Part shown: in pieces, positions 50,122 through 62,780 of the stretch | Position numbering within the stretch: position 1 is the first letter of the stretch | Layout of the letters: every line of letters starts with the position of its first letter | DNA from: Haplodiscus bocki | Lineage: Eukaryota | Length of the DNA: 64,000 nt | Assembly: GCA_965655095.1 (NCBI GenBank) | Contig: OZ296650.1 | Location: 3,162,001 to 3,226,000 of the forward strand | Direction: 5' to 3' | Notes under the pieces: generated by a model | What the model was told of the DNA's origin: nothing | Databases searched by the model: none | The model's input: only the letters and a program-made list of their open reading frames with translations | Translations under genes and position numbers: made by a program

Positions 50122-51170
50122 GTGGCGGTCACTGGATATACACCTCTGAAACAGGAAAAAAAACTGCTAGTCTTTTCCTCGAACACAGTATTGATTTTTG
50201 CAAACGCATGTTTTATGCATTGGAATTGAGCCTGTCAAATCTTCGTTGATGTCAAAAGGACATCGAGGATGAAACTTGCGAAAGTTTTGGCCCCGTTGTT
50301 TCTCCGTATCGCTTCGCTAATTTACGAAACAACGGGGCGGGGCAATTAACAATTTGACTTGTGAGAAATTTTCCCTCACTTTCGGACCAAATTAAATACT
50401 AATTTTTCCCCGGAAAAACTTCAAAACTTCAACCCACGAAAGATGCTAAATTTCAGAAAGCTACGCAGTAAGAGAAGTCTGAAGAAAAACTGGAGAAAGA
50501 AATGCCAGATTTGAATTCCTGAATGAAAACTGGGTTTTTGGAAATTTTCAATTTTTTTTCTGACTTTTTCGTCATAACCGTCATTTTTTTCGGCAAAATG
50601 GCCAAAATTTTTTTATCGTCCAAAAATTGTCTTTCAAGTTATGGAGTCAATTTCACAATGGAGCCGCTGCAGAACGCAATCTATGTGCATCAAAGTGGGA
50701 GATATGACGAAATGATCGATTTTCGGCATTTTTTTCCAACTTTGATCCGTCACATCTCAACACCTATGACGAGTTGGTAGAAAATTTTTTGCATGCGTGT
50801 AGCCCTTAGTTATTCTGCTTCACACGAAAAGTTTCGGCCAAATGCATGTGGTTACTTCTAGGGCTGTCGGTAAAAAACTGCAAAATGAGGCCAAAAAACA
50901 GAATCATCCCGTCATAATTCCTCAACCATTTTTGCTAGAATGATCTAACTTGCACCATTGTTCTTAGAATTGAAAGTTATGCCCGCATGCAAAGTTTGAT
51001 CCAAATCGTATGGGTGGGAGCTGAGATCGCTATATTCCTATACCGTATTTGCATAGAGTTATTTCTTATATTTTAACGCTCGGCAAAGGGGCCCCTCCCC
51101 CGCCTCGCAAGGACTAATGTGGGGCGCAATCCCCTGACCACCCAGTGGAGGCGACGGCAAAATTTACTAG
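50122..51170 (+). mobile_element. Non-autonomous mini-element C (1,049 bp)
   Basis: Unique ~430-bp 5' part starting GTGGCGG. The 3' ~600 bp closely match the B1 3' end (32820-33421) and end AATTTACTAG. No credible ORF. Confidence 0.85.
50290..50338. repeat. Perfect 13-bp inverted repeat in element C, 23-nt spacer
   Basis: GCCCCGTTGTTTC (50290-50302) and GAAACAACGGGGC (50326-50338). Confidence 0.8.
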
Positions 51171-54100
51171 AAGGCGTGAGGTTTAAATCGGTGTTTCTTT
51201 CGTGTTCAGATTTTTTTCTGCGACAAACGAGTGTAGTCCTTTCATTGTGCGTCAGTCAACTTGAAGTAGTGTGTTGTCGGTTTTTGTGACGAAGACAAAA
51301 AATTCCCTATTAGGTGCCAAATATTGAAGCTGTAATCGTTAATCCTGATTCCAAGTTGTTGTTTTAACTTCTCTGCCACCGGCATGAGGGGTAATTCTAT
51401 TTTTCTGTAGAAGCAAGAAGCACTGGCTTTGTCGATGCCGTTCGGAAAAAGTGCAGTTAGCTGTTGAATACGAAGGGCGCCGAAGTCTGCAGAGCAATGA
51501 ACAGTTGTTATCTTGGAACAAAATATGTTTTTTTTTGTTAATATTTAAATTTAAAAGTTGCTTTTGAACCTTTTCTCCAGCTAGCAGAATTCTTCGTTAT
51601 TGTCCAATTCATTTCTATAATTTATTCGTAATTAAAATAAGAAATGTGAATAAAGGTTTGTTTTAAACTCGAAGTTTTTATCTAAACTTTTGCTGTTTCT
51701 TTTGGAGCTGTTTCCAGATAAATCTTTTTTTGTCTCTCATTGCTGTCTTTGTTTCTTTAAACAAAGAAAGAAGTTGATTGGTGTTCAATTACGCACTCCA
51801 AAGGTATGTTTGGCTTCTGCCTTGGTGGAAGAAACAAAGGTTTTGTTGCTTCCAATGTCCTCTGCAGGGATAATCATGACAACGGAACTTTGCAACGGGA
51901 TACTAATATTTAGTGAACAAATATCAGAAAGTTGGAAGGGGTGGCCTCCAGGAACCTTACGCGTTGTTTGAACCTCAAAAATCACGAGCAAGGTTCTCGA
52001 GTTTCTCATACCTATGAGACTCATTTTCAAGGGTTCCAATGACTGTTATAACTTACATTGGTTTTTTGAAAAATGTGTCTAATTAATATCAACCACCCCT
52101 TCCTCCGCTTTCGAAATTTAATTTCTCAATACTTTTGTTAATGAAATTTTACTGTTCAGACAAAAGAGGCAACGGTATGATGATTTTTTTCTGATCGGCG
52201 CCAAGTGCAATTTTTTTCCGGCCTTCGGTGGTTTTTTTAAAGGAAACGTTGCATTGCGCATCTATTACGTAATTTATATTTTTTTGTTTCGTTTTTTATT
52301 GGATTTCACGATTGATCACAATCATTTCTTCATTTAAGGCTTCCTGCGGTGTAGCTGTATCTTTTTGTTCGAATCAACCGTTTCTTGACGGCAATGGTCC
52401 GGTTTCCGTTTGTAGTCGTATGAAGTTTTACTGACCAATATTGTTGTTAAATCAATACTTGATTAGACAATCAGTGATAGCTACTGCACGCTTCATCGTG
52501 GATTGATGTTTTCCCGTTGATTCGCTTTCTTCGTTTGTTTACAAGGTTGTCCGAGCTACTTTTCTCGAAATAATTTCGTTTTCTATTCATGGCTTTCGTT
52601 TGAAATGACTGTCCTGCTTTTACGGTCAACATATTTGAAAAACGCACCCAACCAATTTTTTTCCGAAAAGCTGTTTTCGTATAAATAATTGCTTTTTTTC
52701 AAGACTGTACTGACAATTAAATATTTCTAATGTTTTCGCGGAATTATTAAGTTTCGATACTCCGCGTTGAGCAGTTAACGGAGTATTTCTTCAGGTATAT
52801 AATTCCATCAATTGTTCAACTTTTTACCGAATTTCAAATTCGTCCTTCCGTTGCTTCATTTTTTTGCTGATCTTAAATTATTGAATTTCCTGAAGCAATT
52901 TAGATTTTTTAATGTTGATATTATTATTTTATTCACAATGTTTTTCTTCCAATTCCCATCCTGATACTCTGATCCCCCGGAGTCATTTGCATTTTTGCTG
53001 GACGGATGGCAATTCACTTCCTCAACCTTATGCTAGATCGACTGTTGACATTTGACATATGCTCCTCCGAAGACATATATAAGCCCTCGTTGAAGTTTGT
53101 AAAGTGATTGATTAAAAATTAAAACGTATTCCTATTTTAACTTTATAAATATCTGTTTAATATCCGTAACGTTTTCTCACGTGTAATTGCTGGCTGTGGA
53201 AGGTTTCTTTTGGGGAAGTTTTGTTTCATTAATTGTGAATTTTCTCTCTTAAGCTAGCTTCGACGTTTAAAACTCAATGCTTTCCAATCTTGAGGTCCAC
53301 GTTGACGCTCCTTTTTTCCTGCAGTAAAGATTTAAGGAATTGACTCTACTGCCAGAAATGCAAAAATTCAAATAAGCTTTACTTGTATTAAATCAGCCGA
53401 AAGATGATCTTTAATTGTCAATTGACGGAATCAAGACACAATAAGAAACAACGGCGTGATAGCCATATTGATCAAAGACTTTAACCGATTCAGTTTTTCA
53501 AGTTCAAGATGGAAACTATATCACAACAATTAACTGTGTCTGAATGATGCTAGGCAGTTGGAATTGCACAAAACTATGGCACTTTTGAACTTCCTTGATC
53601 CAATTTTTTTATGTTTTCATCAAGGTTTTTCCTATTTTGAGTCTTGAAACTTTCCCTGTATTCTATCAGTGTGCCTGTTCAACTATCAACGTTGACGAAA
53701 CGACATGAAAAAGACAGCGAATGGAGTTTGTAGAATTTGTTCCTAAGCTCTTGATTTCAAGAAGGTTTCCAACGTTGACGTGTTATAAAAAATTTACTGA
53801 ATTCAATCCTTTGACGCCTAGAAACTTTCAGTAGTGGTTTACGTTGTAGTTGACTGAAATGAGCCCTGAATATTTGATTCTGAAATCTTGTGAGAGAGAA
53901 AAGAAGAATTCGACGAAGAATGATGGAAATACAGAGCTTCCAATTGTTTCTCCCAACTGAAACAAAATTATTGTAGCAACAATTCTCTCTACCCCCTCAT
54001 TTTTGTGAAATTGTTATTGAATGCGTTTTTTAGACTACAAAACTCATGAGCTTCTTCGCATGTTAAATCTGGTCTCTGTTCGTCATGTATAAGTCATTTT

Positions 54101-54419
54101 TTTCGAAATATGGACAGACCTTTTCAATTTCACATCTGTGAAAAAGAGGTACATGTTTTATAGGTGAAACAAAGTTACTGATTTCTTTCAGGCCCTTGAA
54201 TACGAGAACTTTTTACCTGCAAAAACTAAATTAAATTGCTGCCTGGTTTACACCAGTCGAAAGCACTAAGAACCTCTCAAAAACTTTGTGTGGCCTCACT
54301 TTTGCCCAATTTCAGTTACTTGCTGGAAATTTTTGCCAGAATTTTTCAATTTTCCTAGTTGTTTGTGAAAATGAAAAATTACGACGTGTCTGATTGAAGT
54401 CAATAAAACTGCTGAAGAA

Positions 54420-54457
54420 GCCTTGGTTTTGCTCCATTCCGTTCGCAAAACCAAGGC
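54420..54457. promoter_or_regulatory. 13-bp inverted repeat, 12-nt spacer (B2 copy)
   Basis: GCCTTGGTTTTGC tccattccgttc GCAAAACCAAGGC. Confidence 0.7.
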
Positions 54458-54722
54458 GCCTGGTTTATGAATGGTTGGAAACGAATTATGATTTTTTAAC
54501 GTACTTGCTTATCTTTTCCGTTGCATCGACCCTGAGATTTAACTAGACAGGCAACAATTTGTAATCGAACCTCAAAAGATTTAGCTCATACGACAAGTTG
54601 ATATATTTACCTGCTATACGAATTTCCTTGCTTTTTATTCAGCGTGTGGTTGTATTGTAACTTGTTCTTTCATATAGTTATGATCCCACTGAAATATGAA
54701 ATAATGTCTGTTGTGTTTGACA

Positions 54723-57700
54723 ATGTCAAAACAAAACAGCAAAGGAAACTTAAAGCGTCGACGTTGTACTTCCTGTGGACAGTTTGTTGGAGAACATCAT
54801 GTGTGTGCAAAATCAATTGAGGTTGAACTTCAGGCCAATCAGTCTTTAGGAATTTTATACAAAATTCCCGATGCTTCAGTTTCTGTGTCACCTGCCGCGA
54901 GAACGGAGATACACAGCTCGCTGAACACTTTGGGGTTGATTGACTTTTTAAAGCCTATAAAAACAGCTATTGGAAATGATACAGTTATCTGCTCCACGCA
55001 GCCAGTCCGGGTAACAGCAGTGCTTGGGGACGGTAATTGCCTTTTTTCCTCTCTGGCAGTTGCTCTCGGGCTGTCACATGAATGTGGCCCAATCATACGA
55101 AACATTATTGTCAGCCACATGAATTTAATCAGTTTCCCCCCTAATAGCCTGCAAACATCTGTTTACTCCGACGACTTTCCCAACCAACATCATGTTTTGA
55201 ATTGTACTTCAGTCGATGAGTACCTCCGCGAATCTAGAATGGCAGAAAATGGTGTTTTTGGAAGCTGTGTTGAAATATATTCATTTTGCCAAATCTTCAA
55301 AGTCGATGTTTTTTTGTACCATGTTCCGTTCCAATCGTGGATGATTTATGAATGTTCGTCCAACGTAAATCGAGAAGGAATTTTCATTCAACAAAACAGG
55401 AATGCAAATCACTTCGACGTGATAACAGAGCTAGTTTCAGTTGGTCCTGAAAGCTCCAGCGTAGCGCAAGTTGGATCAATTGATCGCCCTTTTTCTCAAT
55501 TAAGCGAAAATAATCACTGGACTCAAGCATTGCAGAGCTGCGAAGCAACTGAAACTGAACCAGCTTCGAAAAAAGGAAAAATCCATTCTGATTACACCTG
55601 GGAAGAGCACCCAAAGACTCTCGCAACAAGTCCCTTGAACATTTCAGTATCTACCAATATGAAGAAACTTTCGGCCTTAGAAACATTATCAACAAATTCA
55701 ACGGACCCCCTAAACAATGATTGTTCACAAATGCTGGACGCCCCAAGTTCTGCCTTTTCCCCAACAGATAGTGTTTCAACAAATATGCACCCGAACGGCG
55801 AGTGCCCCAATTCGAGCGGATCTGACTGTTGCGCAAAATGCATGCGCCAGTCAACAGTTCTTTACCCTTTAAAATTGACGAGGAAGAATAAAGTTGATCT
55901 TAAAAACCGTGTGTTTGGAAACAAGCTAACGGGACCCATTGTTGCTTTATGTAAGCTCTGTCTTCTCTATTGCACAACCGAAAATTATGATTGGTACAAT
56001 GCTTGGCCGTCTGTGTTTTTCAGCCTATTGAGTGATCAAGACAGGCCAGTTAGAACCCAAATGGATATTTTGTCTTTGTTACCTTGGGAATTGAGACAGC
56101 AAAAGATGACATCCATGCACTACTTTCCCCTGTGCGTTCAAAGATGTCTAAGTCGGAAACGGATTGCTGGGAAATGTTCCGTTGATGGGACGCTTCGTTT
56201 GCGTCGTTTCCAGAAACTCATGAAAACCTTAAAGCAGACTAACATTGCTGTTGCCCTGGACAATGAACCTTATCCCAACGTCCGCTGCCCATATGGGTGC
56301 TGGTGTTTCATTGAAGAATCAGGTTGGATACCCGCAAATCACTTCATCAACTTTTTTGAAAGAGACTTTACCTCGTTCCAGTCCTCCAGCCTCCTGCATC
56401 TAAGAGGAATTAAGTCCGAATTTTTAACACCATTTGTGTCCCTGCGCCAGTTCCTAGTAGCAACTACAGTGCGAGTTGATGAAAAAGTGGGACTCGTAGT
56501 TCAGACTTGCTCCATGCACTCAAGAGGCTCCAGTGTGCAGTACTTTCATCCGCCATCACATCCTTCGCTGGGGCGATCTACAGTGAATTATGAAGAACGT
56601 CTTAGTGCCATCGCACCCACATTGTCGTTCGTCTCAAGCATCAAAGCCAACTTCGCAAGTCATACATACCAATTGCTAAAAAGTGTTGGGTCTTACAGTG
56701 GAATGAGCACAGTCCGATTGAAGCGGCAAACGCGCTGGGATTTCACTAGTGACATTTTGTACCATGCTGAAGGCGTCGCCTGTCACTTCAGAGAAGACAT
56801 TAAAACAATGGTTGGTGAGTGGGTAAGACAGGGTAAAATCCTTGATGACGTAGCTTCGGGAATGCTGGATTATATACCGAACAAAAAGAAAGTCAACAGT
56901 TGTTTGTCACAGGCCACTTCAATAGACTTACAAACATGCCTCGACCTCACGAAAATAGTGGAGAAGAATGAAAAAGAATATCTGAACAATGTTGAGCTGT
57001 TGAGTTGTTACACTCTCGTTCATGGGAATGATGATTATGGCTGCTCTCCACCTCCTCTAGAAAATAGAGTTGGCATAGTTTCGTGGATTGTGCAGGCTGC
57101 AGCTTGTGTTTCCCCGATGCTTTGCCGTTCCTTAGTGAACTCATCAAATTACAGTGTGACACTTAGGCCTTTGTTCACTTTACTCAGGAAGGTGTTGCTT
57201 GACACCACAAGAATGAATACAGCAAAAGTTTTATGGCTCGTTGAAAAATCCGAACAAGCAGTATCAGCTGTAATTGAACAAAATAACACTGATGACAAAA
57301 CAGAAGGAACAGCTGACTGTTGTTGTTTTGTTGGAGCAAGGTTTCTATCAAAAATTTGTAACACCATGCAACACTTTCCCTTAGACAAACGGAAAAATAT
57401 CGGTTCAGACACCACAGAGCAAGTTTCGTACAACATGACTCATGCCATTTATACGACAGGTTCCCCAAAAAATTTGCGGAACAAGGTTGATCCACCGTTA
57501 ACCCTGATTACTTCCGACAATGAATTTGAATTGATCGCAGTTGGAACGAAGGATGGAAGCAGCAAGGGAGATCCGAGGTGGTTAGTTAGACATGAAGGGA
57601 AGTTTCAAGGGTTCTGGCTCATTGAGAAAAGTACAAAATTTGCCAAAAAAACAGAAGGCTCCCCGACTGTTGCGCTGGAAACTTTCATTCGGGGTTATTG

Positions 57701-60700
57701 GACAATTGCGATTTATCAAATATCGAGAAATGTTGAATTGCTTGATTTGAAATGGAAATTTTTGAGCACTTTGACCGGTCAGGGTATTTTTATTTGTGCA
57801 CATCACACAATTCCTTTAACCAGAGACTTCAGAAAGAGTGGTTTCCAATGTAGATGTCGTCGTGCATCGTTTTTGCGCTGCCCGCATTTGCAATGCTACT
57901 CTTGCGTTTGCAAGCGTCACTTCAATGAAGGTCTACAGCAGCAACACAGACGTATTTTAATTGATTCAGTACCGTTGGAGAAGTTGATTAAAATGAATTC
58001 CCCTTCTGTGGTATCGACTTCATCTTCGTCACGGGAATTTATTGAGCCCAACAGCATGTCTGCATATGAACCGATTCAACCAGATGCGGCTACACAAACG
58101 TTTGAGATTGCATCAAGTAACAGTTCGTCCGTCAGTTTTATTCTTCATCCGGAAAGAAATGACGAAGAATTCGAAGATGACAACTTGAGAATAATGGCTA
58201 CATTAAAAACCAACTCAGATGAAAAACTGATTTCCGTGGATCTTGAACGAAAAGAAGATGCCTTCAAACTACCGCTCCATATTCTTTTAAACTCACAATG
58301 CAATCTTCTTTATCGACGTAACGGGAATCCAATCAGCCTTTCTCTGAAAGATAAACGTTTCCTGGAAAATATTTCAGCTGTTTCGACGTCTGCATTACCG
58401 CTCATTCAACCCGAAGCTCTTCTTTTTCCATCGATTTTTTGGTGTCAAGCTAGCAGCGGCAGTTTTCCAGGAGCAATACCAACGGCTTTATACAATTCAT
58501 CCAAGTACAACAAACAGCTGGGTTTCGCTGGTTTGGATGACATGCTTCGAACTCGAATCAAAGACGGCTCTCTTTTGACATCTTGCAATCCTACTTATTT
58601 GCAGTATGTGTTTGATTGCCTCTTGAACATGCAGCTTCATAAAAGTGACATTAGGATAATACTAAATCGAGGATGGCAAGAAGTTAATTCGGTTCCTCAT
58701 AATTGCTCTTTTCTTTCGACTCAAACTTTCAAGTTTGATTGTGCGGAAAGTCGAAAAAATGTCTGCGAACTTGCGGCTTTAATTAGAGACAAAAATCCAA
58801 CCTACTTTGTGACATACACTTGTAGTCAATCGACCCATCCGGGGATTCGGAAAATCTTTGAAGCACTGCATGAAATGTATCCCGCAGAAACCACTCCAAA
58901 GGAAGTACTTTCAGCAGCAATTCAAGCTGAACTCATGCCCATGCTCAGGTCTTGGCACCGCGCCTCTCAATATGTAATGGAATGGGTGAAAAATTCACCA
59001 GAAAAACCACTTGGTCCTGTGTCTCATATTTGGATGAGGTACGAATGGCAAGAAGAGACAGCTGGCTTTCCACACTTGCATGCTATATTGTGCACACCAG
59101 AAGATAAATTTAGTGATGATGTACGATCTCGAGTTTGCTGTTCAAAACAAACGTTTTTGGGTGGCTTAGAAGTCAGTTTCCCCGAATTGAACGCAGTCGA
59201 ACGTTTCCAACTGGGTGAACTTTACCAAAAGTATCAAACCCATAACTGTTCGAAAGGCCGTAAACGTTGCCATAAGAAGACAGATAGGCTAGACAAACCA
59301 ATTTGTCGTGTACCAAAATATCCTCCTTCAAATTGTTTTTCCTTCAAGGAAATTCCGGTGAACTTTTCTTGCGAAACAATGGAACTTCTGCGAGGAATTG
59401 GTTTAGCAGACATAGATGAAAACTCGCTGTTCCCAAAAGTGAAAGATCCCTTAACAGCCGGAAAACATCATTATCCCACTGTCTCTAACGAACATTATTC
59501 ACCAACGAACCCTGCTCTTTTTGCTTTGACACAATCCAGCACCAATGTTCAAATATGTGATGACTACATGGCCCCCCGCTACGTTGCAAAATATGCAGCC
59601 GGCGTTGAATCTCGAGCAGTTGCCAAAATTGTCGCTGGTGAAACAGAAAATAGTGTCAAAGTCTTGACAGAACCAATCGAACATGAAAAAATAGCTGGGG
59701 TTCAGGCTTCGCTAAAGAAATTGAGAGGCAACGAAAAACAAAAATCTGTAAGTGGTCGTGTTGTCAGCATAACTGAGTGTCTCTGGTGGTCCTTACAGCT
59801 TCCGTATGTTTGTACAAATGTCGATTTCGTTCACGTGCCAACTGTTCCCAAGGAATATCGATCTGGAATTGTCACTGAAAAACGCTCTAGCAGTAATATT
59901 AAGTTGGGCGCCACGTTTATGGAAGGAATTCGTGTTCGGAAACACGTTTTACAACTCCCAAAGCACAGGCAGTTCACTAGAACACAAAGTTTCCTTCTCG
60001 CAGATGTTGAAAACAGCTGTATTTCGCCAGACAAAGTCACAGTTTTTGGACTCCGCCCACCTGAACTTTTGTTTGTCTCGAAGTTAAAAAATTACTACAG
60101 TTGGTTTGTTCGTTTTAAACCGCAAACAAAAAAATCCATCAGCAATCATGAAGGGTTCTTGAATAAAAGCCTCCGCAGAAGTTGTTGAGTTGATGCATTG
60201 GGGTATTTGGTTAAACTACGCCCTTGTTCTGTGGACGCTTTTGTAAATTTCTGTCGTGCAAACGGTACCGATGGACGGGATAGGATTCTGAAACGCGAAA
60301 TGAGAATACACATTGTTCCGTTGCTTGTGACAGGAAAAGCGTCACAATTTGTTGCTCAGTGGAAGCATTTGTCAGAAGAAGATGCCGTAGTTGTTTTCAG
60401 TAACATTTTGCCGAATAACCCAACTAAATTTCTACTACATGTGCTCTTGACTAATGGAGAATTCGACACAGAGTTGGACATTCTGAACGTGCAATCTTTC
60501 AAAGAAGCTTTCACTACAGCTAAAATTATTTCAAGTTGTAACATAAACGCCAAGACCGTGCAAAATTTAACACGAAACTATTTGCTGGAACAACTGCGTT
60601 TTGTACCTGGGTCCTCGAAACTAATTGACAAATACCTTTTAATGGCTCACAGTGTCCTTTCGGAGGCTCTGATAGTAAACAGCCTTTATTTCGCCGCTGC

Positions 60701-62780
60701 TCTACCACCTGTGCTTGACAGAAGTGTCATTGAAGAATACGAAGAAACACTAGCAGTGCAAATCAGTATGGAAAAATGCAAAATGGTAGCTTTTCTTCAC
60801 ACTTGTCAGAAACAATTACCTACTGAGCAGGCCATGCTAGATGCAACCATCACCTACCCTTTACCTTGGAAACCAGTCGTTCAGAAAAGCCCGGATCAAG
60901 GTCAAAACTCTTTTGTGGAACAGAAACGTGTATTAGACCAACTGTTGAATTCCATCGACATTTTTAAAGAAGGACGTTGCACTTTCATCAGGCATCAAAT
61001 TGTCTTTGGACCTCCAGGAAGTGGGAAAACTTTCGTTGTGCTAAAATCGCTTGCGTATGCTTTATGCCAGGGTCTCAACTGTGTAGTAACATCTTTGGCT
61101 GCTGAAAGATCTGCAGCTTTGGCTGGCAGACATCTGAATGCCCTGATCCCATTTCCAGTGGAAAAACACGCTTCTGCAGAATCGCTCTCGAGAAAAGCCC
61201 TGTCCAACTTACAACGGTCTCCTTTTAAGAGCCGCTTTCTGCAAAATCTACACGTTCTTTTCGTCGAAGAATTGTCAATGATTTCTAGCGAACTTTGGGC
61301 TGCAACGGATTATGTGCTTTAGGTTATCACAGCAAATTATGTTCCATTCGGTGGTAAACTTGTTATTGCAACCGGAGATTTCTTCCAACTTCCTCCACCG
61401 TCAGGATCTTGTTTAATGAGTTCTTCTTTTCCTCTCACAACTTTCACTTTTCTCAAACTGGAAAATTTCGTTCGAATGCAAAACAAAAATGGCCAAGAAC
61501 TGTTGTCCTTAATGTCAGCGACTCCAAAAACTGACGGCAATGCGAGGCGTATCTGGGAAATTATCCATAAAGTTTGCAACTTTGTCCATTCATGGAAAGA
61601 CGTGCCGAATGATAGAATTCGAATTTTTGCCACTCGACAAGCAGAACGTAAAGCAACTGAAAACAAAATAATTGATGTTAAAAACAGCGGGACGCAATTT
61701 TATCAAAATGCGGCAAATGATAAAATGTGCGTTTCAAGTACTGACAACTGGACCGAAGCGTCGCCAACTACATCAAAGTTTCTCAACAAAAAGTGTCTTG
61801 AACCCCAGTCGTTGTTTCTGTACCCCGGTGCCATCTTACGACTAACAGTGAACATGCCATCCCTATCCGCGTATCAGGGTCAACTCTGTGTTCTACTTTC
61901 TTTAGATACAATTGAGAATGGCACTGTGACAATTGCTGTAGCACCAGCTGGTTGCCGAAGTATTCCACCGCTTTCTGTGATCAAAAACAGATGGCGTTGT
62001 GTCGTTATCGGCAGAGAAACTGGTGTTGCCTACCGATTAAACCACAAAACTATTTGCAGACGAATCCAATTTCCACTAAATTTATTTGTAGCATCAACCA
62101 TTCATAAGACAATGGGTGAAACGCTTCCGATGGTCGCAACCCAAATAGTTGGATCAAAAGATTTCGCTCTATGGCTTCCCGAGCAACTGTATGTTGTAAT
62201 GAGTCGAGTAAGAAGTTTAAATCAGGTGACGTTTGTTGGATGGAAGGAAGCTAACAAACGAGCAGTCTTGGATTTAGTCTGCAAAAAATCGCAATGGGCT
62301 GAACTGACGAATGAAATTTTGACTAAAAGTTCCGCTTGTGACCCTACAATTCATCATGCAAGAGCATCTCCTTTTCCCCCCTCAGTGAAAGAGCTACCCG
62401 TTCAGAATCTGGGGTTCTGTTACTTGCTCCAAAGTGAACCACAGAAGCACCTTCTGTACATTGGCTCCACTATGTCGTTAGTGCGTCGTTTGAGAGAGCA
62501 CAATGCAGGACTGGGTTCCGCCTTCACCAAAGTACAAAATCGCTTGCCCTGGATAGTGTGTGCTTATGTTACTGGTTTCAATTGGAATAATGCTTCAGAA
62601 AGAATCCGAGCATTCGAGAAGGAGTGGTTGAATGCGGCATCACACTTCGTCAACGCAAAAAAGAAAAATGTGTCACTTTCCACGGCTATCAATTTGGGGG
62701 AAATTGTCGCAAAAATTTGGCTACACGAAGAAGATAATTTGAAGCTAATAGTGTGCTGCAGGTCATCACTTGTATCTTGA
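54723..62780 (+). pseudogene. Polyprotein copy B2 with two in-frame nonsense mutations
   Basis: TGG>TGA at 60186-60188 and CAG>TAG at 61320-61322; otherwise collinear with B1. Confidence 0.9.
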
